Of a stretch of DNA of 64,000 nt, positions 17,993-27,133 are shown piece by piece. The notes below the pieces were generated by a model. It was not told the origin of the DNA, searched no databases, and was given only the letters and a program-made list of their open reading frames with translations. Where the stretch lies: contig OZ241869.1 in NCBI GenBank assembly GCA_965202805.1, positions 1,408,001 through 1,472,000 of the forward strand, read 5' to 3'. This DNA is from Longimicrobiales bacterium (lineage in GTDB: Bacteria; Gemmatimonadota; Gemmatimonadetes; Longimicrobiales; Gaopeijiaceae). Within the stretch, counting starts at the first letter, position 1. The number at the start of each line of letters is the position of its first letter. The position numbers were made by a program, and so were the translations under genes.

Positions 17993-20044
17993 TCAACTGA
18001 CCGGGCGCTCCTTCGGCAGGATCTTGACCGACCACAATCCCGAGTTGATGTCGGCGAAGAAGACGTTGCCCTTCCACGGCATCACGCCCCACGCCGCCGG
18101 GGCGTTGGGGATGTACCCGAGAGGATCGTGCGCCTTGAAGACCGAGATCTCGCGTCCCTGGGTATAGAGGTTCCCCATCAGGTCGCCGGAAATGTCCACC
18201 ATGCGGAGGCCGCCCTCGTAGTAGGCCTCGTAGAGGATGTCGTCCTCGACCCACATGTTGTGGGTGCCGTACTCGGACACCTCGTAGCGGGCCACCATCG
18301 AGGGCGACTCGGGGTCGGTGAAGTCCACGATCTGGATGTAGCCCGTGGTCGCGCGAGGATAGCCGCCCCGTCCCGTCTCCGGGTCGTACTGGATCCGGTG
18401 GTCCGGTCCGGTGCCCGCCCAGGCGAGCCCTTCGCGGCCGACGATCTCGTCGCCGGCGATGAGGTAGAACTTGCCGGTCGACTCCTGCAGGTACGGGAAC
18501 ACCGCGTGCGTCTGGCCGGAGGGGAGCGGGATGTTGGTCACGAAGACCGGGTTCTCGGGGGAGCCGCCCCAGCGGCCGTTGCCCACGTCGACGACGACGA
18601 TGCCGTTCTCCCACTCCGCGGAGTAGGCGATGCCGTCGTGCACCCAGACGTCATGCACGCGGCTGTCGGGATGGTCGTACTCACCCACGTAGCGCGGGTT
18701 GTAGATGTCGGCCATGTCCAGGATGACGTACTTGTCGCCCGCGGAGAGGACGAAGAGGTGCTCGTTGGTGGCGAACATGTTGTGCACGCCGCCGGTGACC
18801 CCCTCGTCCCAGGTGGAGGCGATGGTGGGGTGCGCGGGGTTGGCCAGGTCGAGGATGACCACGCCGTTGCGGCGATTGGAGGCGCCTTCGCGCGAAATCA
18901 CGCCGTAGCGGCCGTCGGGGGACGCCTTGACGTCGTTGGTGGTGCGCGCGTCGACGAGGATGGAGTCGGTCTTGACGATGTTGGCGGGGTCCGTGATGTC
19001 CCACACGAAGGTGACCCCGTTGCCCATCTTGGAGCCCGTGAGCGCGTAGTCGCGGCCGTCAACCCCCTCCCAGATCCACAGGTCGGTGGTGAAGACGCGC
19101 GATTCACGCCCCTGCCCCACGATCTCGAGCTCCTGCACCGCGCCGCGCCGGCTCACCCGCACGGACTCGCGCGCCGACAGGTGGCCGGCGGTCGCGACCA
19201 CCGTGTAGAGCCCCGGCCAGTCGGCCACGAAGCGGCCGTCGTCGACCTGCCCCGGCCCGGCGGGCGCCACGATGCTGTCGTCGGGCATGTACGCGAGCGA
19301 CCAGGTGACCGGCGCGCGCGGGACTTCATTGCCGGCGTCGTCCACTACGGTGGCGGTGAACTCCACGACGTCGCCGGTGAGGAGATCGCCCCCGCCGCCG
19401 GCGAGCTGGATGGCCGTGGCCGGGAAGGCCTCGACGGTGCGCTCGACCGAACCCCGCACCCCCTCGACCGTGGCCGTCACGGTAACCGGGCCGGGCTGGT
19501 GGGCGGTGACGTTGCCGAACGCGTCGACCGCGGCCACCTCGGTGTCGGAGACCGACCAGGCGACCTCGGCGGTCGGGCGCGCCGACCCGTCCGCGTGGAG
19601 GGCGGTCGCGGTGTAGCGCACCGTCGTCCCGGCGTAGAGCAGGTCGCCGGCCGCATCCACCTCGACGGTCGCCACCTCCGGCCAGTCGACCACCACCGGA
19701 ATGGTGAGCTGGGCCACCGGCGCTCCGCTCGCGGGCATCACCACCATGGCGCGCACGTCGTACTGGCCGGCCTCGAAGGCCTCGATGTTCCCGTCACGAA
19801 TGCGCAGCGCCCGCCGCGGCGCGCTCACCCGGATGGGAATGGCCACCACGGCCCCCGCGGCGTCGTAGGCGGTCACCCGCAGCGGCACGACATCCCCCAC
19901 CCGCAGGGACAGCTCGGTCGGTTCGGCCTCCAGCCGGGTCACGACGGTGGGATCGGGTTCGGGGGTCTGGGCGTTCGCGGGCGTCACGGGAAGAAACGCG
20001 CCACCGGCGACCATGGTCACGAGGAGGAATCTGAGAGAACGCAT
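17993..20044 (-). CDS. Secreted protein with three Ig-like (Big_2-type) domains and an LVIVD-repeat beta-propeller
   Basis: Signal peptide after an AAGGAG RBS; VAWSVSDTEVAAVDAFGNVTA Ig motif; repeated VILDLANP, IVVVDVGN, LRMVDISG and HN/HD-VWV blades. Confidence 0.75.
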   Translation of the reverse strand: MRSLRFLLVTMVAGGAFLPVTPANAQTPEPDPTVVTRLEAEPTELSLRVGDVVPLRVTAYDAAGAVVAIPIRVSAPRRALRIRDGNIEAFEAGQYDVRAMVVMPASGAPVAQLTIPVVVDWPEVATVEVDAAGDLLYAGTTVRYTATALHADGSARPTAEVAWSVSDTEVAAVDAFGNVTAHQPGPVTVTATVEGVRGSVERTVEAFPATAIQLAGGGGDLLTGDVVEFTATVVDDAGNEVPRAPVTWSLAYMPDDSIVAPAGPGQVDDGRFVADWPGLYTVVATAGHLSARESVRVSRRGAVQELEIVGQGRESRVFTTDLWIWEGVDGRDYALTGSKMGNGVTFVWDITDPANIVKTDSILVDARTTNDVKASPDGRYGVISREGASNRRNGVVILDLANPAHPTIASTWDEGVTGGVHNMFATNEHLFVLSAGDKYVILDMADIYNPRYVGEYDHPDSRVHDVWVHDGIAYSAEWENGIVVVDVGNGRWGGSPENPVFVTNIPLPSGQTHAVFPYLQESTGKFYLIAGDEIVGREGLAWAGTGPDHRIQYDPETGRGGYPRATTGYIQIVDFTDPESPSMVARYEVSEYGTHNMWVEDDILYEAYYEGGLRMVDISGDLMGNLYTQGREISVFKAHDPLGYIPNAPAAWGVMPWKGNVFFADINSGLWSVKILPKERPVS

Positions 20045-20074
20045 GGGGTCTCCTTGAAGCGGGCACAACAGCCT

Positions 20075-20416
20075 TCAGCAGTCAGAATAGCGCGCGCGGG
20101 CGAGTCGCGGAAAGAGCCCCGGCGCCATCGACAGGATCACCGGCGTGTATCTGATGACGCCCTGATCGTCGATCGTCGCCAGGAGCCTGCCGTCGTGCCA
20201 GAACTCGACGGCGTCGGTCTCGCTGACGAACGCGTGATAGCGCATGAATGCGCCGGCATATATGGTGCGTCCGCGAATCGCGGCGGCTTCGTCCGACGTA
20301 ACCTCAACCCGTTGGACCGTTCCCGCCGCGACCGCGTCCGCAGGACCTGCACCGCGGGGCGGCGGCGACGGCACGCAACCGGCCAACAAGAGCATCACGC
20401 ACAGATACCTGGTCAC
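20075..20416 (-). CDS. Small hypothetical lipoprotein (113 aa)
   Basis: GAGG RBS, GTG at 20416 and lipobox LLLAGC; stops 30 nt before the next gene's start. Confidence 0.55.
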   Translation of the reverse strand: MTRYLCVMLLLAGCVPSPPPRGAGPADAVAAGTVQRVEVTSDEAAAIRGRTIYAGAFMRYHAFVSETDAVEFWHDGRLLATIDDQGVIRYTPVILSMAPGLFPRLARARYSDC

Positions 20417-20599
20417 CTGTGTTCCTCGGCAGCGCCTGATTCGGGTTTCCCCCGGCGCAAACACCTTCTCTCGTCCGTTCCCACGCGCGCGCTTCCACCG
20501 CGAGACGGTACTTCCGCACCGGGACGACCGCCAGCGTTGACACGACCGGACCGGGAATGAACCATTAGCGCCTTCCGGCAACCGGCAGCACGAGGCAGT

Positions 20600-21880
20600 A
20601 TGGAGACATCCCCCGACCTCACCCCCACCGAAGCGCGCGTCCTCGCCGCCATCGACATGGACGGGCTCCTCGGCACCATCTCGCGGCTGGTGGCGATCCG
20701 CACCGACCGGGGCCGGGAGACGCCCGCGCAGGAACAGATGGCGGAATGGATGGGGGCGGCCGGCATGGACGTGGACGTCTGGGAGATCGACTTCGACGAG
20801 CTGCGCGCCCACCCCCGCTTCAGCATCGAGATCGAGCGCGGCCGGTCGCTGGGCGTGGTCGGCTCGCTCGGGCGCGCGGACGGGCCGGGACGCTCCCTCA
20901 TCCTGAACGGCCATGTCGACGTGGTTCCCGCGGGCGACGAATCGAGATGGACGGTCCCGCCCTGGCAGGGCACCATCCGCGACGGCAACCTCCTCGGCCG
21001 CGGCGCGCTGGACATGAAGGGCGCGCTCTGCTGCGGTCTCTACGCCGCGCGTGCGATCGCGGACACGGGCGTGGAGCTGAACGGGCGACTCCTGCTCCAG
21101 AGCGTGATCGCCGAGGAGGACGGAGGCGCGGGCACGCTGGCCGCCATCCAGCGCGGCTACACCGCCGACGGCGCGGTGGTCATCGAGCCCACCCGCCTGT
21201 CCCTGGCGCCCGCCCAGGGCGGCGCCCTCAACTTCCGCATCCACGTACGCGGACGCTCCGCACACGGCGCCCTGCGCACCGAGGGCGTCAGCGCCATCGA
21301 CGGCTTCATCCCCATTTACCGTGCGCTGCAGGCGTTGGAGGCAAGGCGCAACTCAGGGGTCCGGGACCCGCTCTTCGCCCACTACGAAGTGCCCTTCCCC
21401 CTCTGCGTGGGAACCGTGCGCGCGGGCCAGTGGGCGTCGAACGTGCCGGAAAGCCTCTGCTTCGAGGGGCGCTACGGCGTGGCCGTGGGAGAGGAGCCGG
21501 CCGAGGCGCAGGCGATGTTCGAGGAGGCCGTGGCGGACGCCGCCCGCTCGGATCCGTGGCTGGAGCGCCATCCCCCACGGGTGGAGTGGTGGGGGGGACA
21601 GTTCCACCCGGCGGCCACGGACCCGTCCGACCCCATCGTGCGCACGGTCGCGGACGCCTTCCGGGACGTCGAAGGGCGCGAGCCCCGCATCGAGGGGATG
21701 CCCTACGGGGCCGACATGCAGCTGCTGGTGAACGTGGGCAACACCCCTACGCTGATGTTCGGCCCGGGCGACGTGCGCAACGCCCATCGGCCCGACGAAT
21801 GGGTACCCATCGCGGAACTGGAAACGGTGACGCGCACCCTCGCACTGGCGGCGCTGCGGTTCTGCGGCCACGCGGGCTGA
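20600..21880 (+). CDS. ArgE/DapE-family deacylase (peptidase M20)
   Basis: LILNGHVDVVP, GRGALDMKG, EEDGG, GRSAHG and AHRPDEW metal-binding motifs. Confidence 0.9.
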   Translation: METSPDLTPTEARVLAAIDMDGLLGTISRLVAIRTDRGRETPAQEQMAEWMGAAGMDVDVWEIDFDELRAHPRFSIEIERGRSLGVVGSLGRADGPGRSLILNGHVDVVPAGDESRWTVPPWQGTIRDGNLLGRGALDMKGALCCGLYAARAIADTGVELNGRLLLQSVIAEEDGGAGTLAAIQRGYTADGAVVIEPTRLSLAPAQGGALNFRIHVRGRSAHGALRTEGVSAIDGFIPIYRALQALEARRNSGVRDPLFAHYEVPFPLCVGTVRAGQWASNVPESLCFEGRYGVAVGEEPAEAQAMFEEAVADAARSDPWLERHPPRVEWWGGQFHPAATDPSDPIVRTVADAFRDVEGREPRIEGMPYGADMQLLVNVGNTPTLMFGPGDVRNAHRPDEWVPIAELETVTRTLALAALRFCGHAG

Positions 21881-21883
21881 CGC

Positions 21884-22456
21884 TCAGCCCTCCTCCCCCT
21901 CCATCGCTGCCCCGATCGCCCTCGCATACCATTCGAGGGTATCGATGAAGCGCGCGAACGCCTTCTCGTACCTCTCCTCCCGCGGCTCCCCGTCGTCGTC
22001 GAAGCTTCGGCCCACCGTCGTAACCGCCATGTGTGCCACGGGCAGAGCCTTGAGGCGGAGGAAGAGGAGCTGCAGGTGGTTGTGGACCTGGACACCCCCG
22101 AAGGCGCCGGCCGAGAGCGTGACGATCCCCACCGGCTTCCGCTCCCACTCGCCATAGATATAGTCGAGCGCGTTCTTGAGCACGCCGGGGATGGAGCCGT
22201 TGTACTCGGGGCTGACGATCACGACGGCGTCGGCCGCTCGAATCGCTTCCGAGAACGGGACCAGTCCGGGCGGCGGATCGTCTCGACGGTAGAGCCGCTC
22301 CTCCATGATCGGGAGGTCGAAGTCGGCAAGGTCGAGAAGCGGGGCCTCCGCCCCGGCGCGCCGCAGCCGGTCGCCGGCGAATCGGGCCACCTTGATCGAC
22401 TGGCGGCCCCTGCGCACGGAGCCGACGAGCACGGGGATTCGCAGCGGGTCGTTCAT
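21884..22456 (-). CDS. NADPH-dependent FMN reductase (flavodoxin-like)
   Basis: GSVRRGRQS and SPEYNGSIPGVLKNALD. Confidence 0.9.
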   Translation of the reverse strand: MNDPLRIPVLVGSVRRGRQSIKVARFAGDRLRRAGAEAPLLDLADFDLPIMEERLYRRDDPPPGLVPFSEAIRAADAVVIVSPEYNGSIPGVLKNALDYIYGEWERKPVGIVTLSAGAFGGVQVHNHLQLLFLRLKALPVAHMAVTTVGRSFDDDGEPREERYEKAFARFIDTLEWYARAIGAAMEGEEG

Positions 22457-22581
22457 GAAGCGCCCTCCGGCCGGATGAAGGATTTGCGGGCTGCGCGCTC
22501 AGCCGGCGCGAGCGTCCGCTCGGAGCGGAAGTGCCCGGGCGGAACGTGAAGGCAGGTTGTCGAGGTGTAAAGTGAAGGGAT

Positions 22582-22601
22582 CGGAGTCGTCGACGACTCC
22601 G
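22582..22601. repeat. Perfect 20-bp palindrome CGGAGTCGTCGACGACTCCG
   Basis: Identical to its own reverse complement; lies just upstream of the Rpn remnant. Confidence 0.85.
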
Positions 22602-22609
22602 GCGGCGCG

Positions 22610-23260
22610 TTGCCCCCCGTGATTCCGGTCGTCATCTACAACGGCGAACGACGCTGGACCGCGGCCATCGGAACGCGGGACCTGTTCGCGCCGGTACCCG
22701 AGGAACTGGTTGGATACCTGCCGCAGCACCGGTATTTTCTGTTGGACCTGAGAGCGCTCGAACCGTCCCGGCTTCCACCCGAGAACGTAGTGTCGCTGGT
22801 CGCGATGCTCGAACAGGCCAGGAGTCAGGGGCAGCTGGAGCGCTTGGGGGCCGCACTCGCGGATTGGCTCCTGCGTATCGGAGAGAAAGCGCTGCTGGAC
22901 GCGTTTGAAGCGTGGATTACGCAGGTGCTGGTGACGCGGGAAGACCCTGCCGGGATGAGCATGGAGTTACGGAGCTGGAAACAGTTGGAGGAACCAATGT
23001 CGACACTGGCCGAGCGCGTGAAGAAGTGGGGCGACGAGCTGAATCAGGCGTGGCTGGAGAAAGGTATCGAGCAGGGGCGGCGCGAAGCTCGTGAACTGCT
23101 GTATCGGCAGGTCGTCCGCAGGTTCGGAACCGCTACCGCCAAGCAACTGATGCCGCTGCTCGCGGAAGTATCGGATCCCGACCGGATAGCGGCGATTGCC
23201 GATGGCGTCGTCGAATGCCGAACAGGCGACGAGTTCATTGCCCGGGTGAAGGAGTGTTGA
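22610..23260 (+). pseudogene. 5'-truncated Rpn-family (YhgA-like, PD-(D/E)XK) gene; intact C-terminal domain with its own RBS
   Basis: Begins at LPPVIPVVIYNGERRW, which is normally mid-protein. An in-frame TAA at 22568 precludes the nuclease core. The C-terminus reads MSTLAERVKKW...EKGIEQGRRE..LL.RQ..RRFG. Visibly more A/T-rich than its neighbours. Confidence 0.75.
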
Positions 23261-23343
23261 ATAATTCTGACCTGAATCAAACCGGACGGATGTCCGGAGC
23301 CGTACGCATCGGAGTTGACCGTTGCGCTGCAATTGGACTTCCC

Positions 23344-24399
23344 TCACCCGGCCCAGATGTCCCCCACCGTGAACCCCTCGGGGAACGGATCGGTGTCGTC
23401 GACGACGTATTGGGCGATGCCGGTGATCCACGCGGCGCCGCTGAGCGTCGGGACAACCGCGGGCACGCCGCCCACTTCCGTTTCCTCGATCAGCTCGCCG
23501 GTCCACACCGTGCCGACGATGCTCTCGTGGCGAAACTCCTCGCCCAGGCCGAGCTCTCCCCTGGCGTGCATCACGGCCATCTTCGCGCATGTGCCGGTCC
23601 CGCACGGAGAGCGGTCCAGGCATCCCTTCCAGCTCTCCGGCCTGTCCCAGCTCGGGCGGCCCGTTGAGACGGTGACCGCGTTGCGGCGGTGGGCGTCGCC
23701 CAGGGGTGGCCCGGAAAGCTGTGAAATCGATACGCCCCCGATCTCCGGGGTCAGAGGATGGGCGACGGACAGCTGCTCGGAGGCCGCCACGCGCAGCATC
23801 TCGCCCACCCGCGTGATCCGTCCCCCGTTCTCGGGCAGGAGTTCGATGCCGAACTGATCGGCGTCCGCGATGACGTAGAACATCCCGCCGTAGCCCACGT
23901 CCACGGTCACCTTGCCGAGACCGGGCACGTCCACGACGGCGTCAAGGTGCACCGCGAAGGCGGGCACGTTGCGGAAGGTGACGCTGGTGACCTTGCCGCC
24001 ATGCACCTCCGCGCGCACCCGGATGAGGCCCGCGGGAGCTTCCAGCAGCAGCTCCGTCACCGGTTCCTGCGAGGGGACCATGCCCGTCTCGATGAGAACG
24101 GTCGCAACGCAGATGGTGTTGCTCCCGGACATGGGCGGGTATTCGGTGTGCTCCATGATGACGTAGCCGGCATCGGCCTCGGGGAGCGTCGGAGGCAGGA
24201 TCACGTTGCAGCAGAGCGCGGGATAGCCCCGGGGCTCGCGCAGCATGCGTTTCCGCAGGCCGTCCCCGTGGCGCGCCAGCCACTGCGCCTTCTTGAACAT
24301 CGACGTGCCGGGAACATCCATGACGCCGCCTGTGATGACCCTGCCGGGCTCGCCTCCGGCGTGGGCGTCGACTGCGGTGACCATCTTCGATACGCGCAT
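23344..24399 (-). CDS. Proline racemase superfamily protein with a Ser/Cys catalytic pair
   Basis: DAHAGGEPGR, LREPRG, PMSGSNTIC (Ser at the first catalytic site) and DRSPCGTG. Confidence 0.9.
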   Translation of the reverse strand: MRVSKMVTAVDAHAGGEPGRVITGGVMDVPGTSMFKKAQWLARHGDGLRKRMLREPRGYPALCCNVILPPTLPEADAGYVIMEHTEYPPMSGSNTICVATVLIETGMVPSQEPVTELLLEAPAGLIRVRAEVHGGKVTSVTFRNVPAFAVHLDAVVDVPGLGKVTVDVGYGGMFYVIADADQFGIELLPENGGRITRVGEMLRVAASEQLSVAHPLTPEIGGVSISQLSGPPLGDAHRRNAVTVSTGRPSWDRPESWKGCLDRSPCGTGTCAKMAVMHARGELGLGEEFRHESIVGTVWTGELIEETEVGGVPAVVPTLSGAAWITGIAQYVVDDTDPFPEGFTVGDIWAG

Positions 24400-24485
24400 C
24401 AGTTCACTCCTTTCTCACGGGCGCCGGGATGCGAGGCCCGGTCGCAGTCAGGGGCGCCGGCAGCGTGAGCAGCGGCAGCGCCTTC

Positions 24486-25919
24486 TCATGGCTTCGCGGG
24501 CGGTGACATGTAGGGCTCGGTCGCACTGGCCGGGGGCGGAGGCGTGAGCAGGCTCACCACCACCATGAGGACCGCCGAGACCAGAAAGCCCGGGAGCACC
24601 GGATCGATGGCGTCGGCCGGCCCCCACCCCTCCCAGAGGAGCGCGGTTGTGACACCGCCCACCATGGCGGCGGCCGCCCCTTCCCGGGTCGCCCGCCGCC
24701 AGTAGACCCCGACCACGACCGGAATGAAGAAGCTCGACGCCATGAGGGCGGTGAAGAGCAGCACGATGAACTGGACCAGCTCGCCCTCCCCCACCCCGCT
24801 GAGGAGCAGCACGACCGGGATGGTCCCTACCACCAGGATGCCCAGCCGGTCCACCCACAGCCGGCGACCGGGCGGCGCATCGGGTCGGAAGAGCCCCTGG
24901 TAGATGTCGTAGGAGAGCGCGGACCCCGCCACCAGCAGGAGCGAGTCCACCGTGGACATCATGGCCGCCGTGATCGCCGCCAGCAGGATCGCGCCCAGCG
25001 TCGCCGGGAGCACGGCCGTGGCGAGCATCGGCATGGCGAGGTCGCCGGTCGGCAGGTTGGGGAACAGCACCACCGCCGCCAGCGAGAGCACGAACACCAG
25101 CAGGTTCAGGGTGGTCACCGCGATGATGGTGAGCAGGATGCCGCGGCGAATGGTGCGCATGTCGCGCATGGCGTAGAGGCGGATCAGCTTCTCGGGGGTC
25201 GCCACCCCGCCCAGCAGGAACGAGAGCCCCATGGTGAAGAGCAGCAGGGCGGGCATCGCCTCCCAGCTGAAGGTCAGCGGGTTCACCGCCTCCACGTAGG
25301 TGAAGAGCGGCTCCACCCCGCCCACCTGGCGGATCGCCAGCGGCACCGCGCAGATCGCGCCCAGCACCATGATCACCAGCTGCAGCAGGTCGGTGTAGAC
25401 CACGGCGATCATCCCGCCGATCACCGTGTACGCCAGCAGAATCGCGGTGAAGCCGACCATCCCCCAGCTCACCGGCACGCCGAAGACGATGTTGGCGATC
25501 AGCCCTCCCGCCACGATCTGCGCCTGGATGTAGACCACCGTGGCGATGAGGATGATGACGGCCGCGAGCGCACGCACGCCCTTCGAGTAGTAGCGGGTCT
25601 CGATGAAGGCGGGCAGCGTGAGCTGCTTCACGCGCGTGAAGCGCGGCGCGAGCACCGCCGCCATGAACCAGTAGGCCAGCGGCAGCGCCAGCACGAGCCA
25701 CCCGAACGACCACCCAGCCACGTACATCACCCCGATGGTGCCCACGAAGGTGCCGGCGCTGGTGTGGGTCGCGGCCATGGTCGCCCCGCCCACCAGCCAG
25801 CCCAGCTTCCCCCCCGCGATCCAGTAGTCGGCCTCGCTGCGGGTGGCCCGGAGCGCGTACCACCCGATCGCGAACACCACCACGAAGTAGAGCACGAAGG
25901 TGGAGAGCTGGACGTTCAC
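24486..25919 (-). CDS. Sodium:solute symporter (SSS, PutP/PanF-like)
   Basis: DYWIAGGKLG, SAGTFVG, GGMIAVVYTDLLQ and AAMMSTVDSLLL; about 13 TM. Confidence 0.9.
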   Translation of the reverse strand: MNVQLSTFVLYFVVVFAIGWYALRATRSEADYWIAGGKLGWLVGGATMAATHTSAGTFVGTIGVMYVAGWSFGWLVLALPLAYWFMAAVLAPRFTRVKQLTLPAFIETRYYSKGVRALAAVIILIATVVYIQAQIVAGGLIANIVFGVPVSWGMVGFTAILLAYTVIGGMIAVVYTDLLQLVIMVLGAICAVPLAIRQVGGVEPLFTYVEAVNPLTFSWEAMPALLLFTMGLSFLLGGVATPEKLIRLYAMRDMRTIRRGILLTIIAVTTLNLLVFVLSLAAVVLFPNLPTGDLAMPMLATAVLPATLGAILLAAITAAMMSTVDSLLLVAGSALSYDIYQGLFRPDAPPGRRLWVDRLGILVVGTIPVVLLLSGVGEGELVQFIVLLFTALMASSFFIPVVVGVYWRRATREGAAAAMVGGVTTALLWEGWGPADAIDPVLPGFLVSAVLMVVVSLLTPPPPASATEPYMSPPAKP

Positions 25920-25986
25920 GGGGCGCCCTCCGGGCCTCGGTGGCGGGCCGGCCGCGCGCGTCGGAAGCGAATGCCGCGCCGGACGT

Positions 25987-26106
25987 TCACGGCCCTTTCT
26001 CCCGCCGGTCTTCCCGCAACATCCACACCAGGTATGCCGCCACGATCAGCGCGGAGACCAGGAAGAGGCCCCAGAACACGAAGCCGGCCTCCAGTACCGC
26101 CCTCAC
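25987..26106 (-). CDS. Small single-pass membrane protein (39 aa) upstream of the SSS gene
   Basis: Below the ORF-track cutoff. GGGAG RBS plus GTG gives MRAVLEAGFVFWGLFLVSALIVAAYLVWMLREDRREKGP. An alternative ATG at 26163 is in frame. Confidence 0.6.
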   Translation of the reverse strand: MRAVLEAGFVFWGLFLVSALIVAAYLVWMLREDRREKGP

Positions 26107-26215
26107 GAAATACTCCCGTTGCGCTCCGGGCACTCCACGTCCGATTCGGGACCGGCGCCGCATCGGTGCTCCGGGCCCCGTGACCGCCCCGCTCGACCCG
26201 GGCTGCCGGCCGCCC

Positions 26216-27133
26216 TCACCGGGCCCTCCTCACGAAGCGCAACCCCACCATCCCGCACGCGATCACGACGATGAGCACCAGCAGCTCCAGCACCCCCGGC
26301 AGCGACAGCCCGAGGCTCCCTTCGGGGCGAGCGCGCACCTGCACGACGGCCGGAAGCACCTGGAGGCTCGCACGCGCCATCCCCGGCGTCGAACCCCCGG
26401 TTGGCGTCACGGGAAAGATCTCGCGCGCCTCCATCCCCCCGGGAAGCGCCACCTCCGCCTGGAACACGCCCGGGCGCGCCTCCGCCGGAGCCCAGTCGAC
26501 CGCGAGCATGGGGAGCACAACCCGCACACCCGCGCCGTCCTCCAGTACCGCATCCTCTACCCGGTAACCCACATCCAGCGACACCTGTCCCGAGGACGCG
26601 AGCGCCGCCGGCACCTCGATCTCGCCCTCCAGCCGGGGCGCCCCGGCATCCGTCATGCTGAGCGGCAGGACCTCCCCGTCCACCTGCGCCGAGATCTCCT
26701 CCACATGCGCGGGAGCGAACAGCAGCAGCGTGAACGGGACGACGCGCGTGTCCGGCCCCACCTCCAACCGGTAGCCCATCGAGACGACGGCCGCTCCGGT
26801 CTCACGCGCATCGGCCGACACCGCCACCCGGATCACACGGCCGCCCGCGTCGTCCCCCCCGGTCTCCTGAATGCCTCCGCTGCCGTCCCATTCGGACATC
26901 GCACCGCCCGCGCCAGGCAGGGACGCCGGGCCTGCGATGCCGGACGCCGTGGCCGATCCGATCATCGGACCGCCCGCCGCGGACAAGGCCGCCGGACCTG
27001 CGCTGCGGGCCGCAGCGTCCCATCCCGACATCGGAGCGCCCGCAGCCAGAGGCGAATCAGCCGCCGCCGATCCCGCGCACGGGGCTGCTGTCAGCACCGC
27101 GGCCACCGCCGCGACAGCCCCGCTCAGGGCCAT
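26216..27133 (-). CDS. Hypothetical exported protein with a C-terminal TM anchor
   Basis: GGAGG RBS plus an ATG overlapping the dipeptidase 3' end; signal-like N-terminus, beta-rich core and a C-terminal hydrophobic helix followed by RFVRRAR. Confidence 0.65.
   Translation of the reverse strand: MALSGAVAAVAAVLTAAPCAGSAAADSPLAAGAPMSGWDAAARSAGPAALSAAGGPMIGSATASGIAGPASLPGAGGAMSEWDGSGGIQETGGDDAGGRVIRVAVSADARETGAAVVSMGYRLEVGPDTRVVPFTLLLFAPAHVEEISAQVDGEVLPLSMTDAGAPRLEGEIEVPAALASSGQVSLDVGYRVEDAVLEDGAGVRVVLPMLAVDWAPAEARPGVFQAEVALPGGMEAREIFPVTPTGGSTPGMARASLQVLPAVVQVRARPEGSLGLSLPGVLELLVLIVVIACGMVGLRFVRRAR

Noticed and set aside
22610..23260. Active transposase / IS element
   Set aside because: Rpn/YhgA proteins are labelled putative transposases, but no terminal inverted repeats or target duplication are visible and the catalytic N-terminus is missing.
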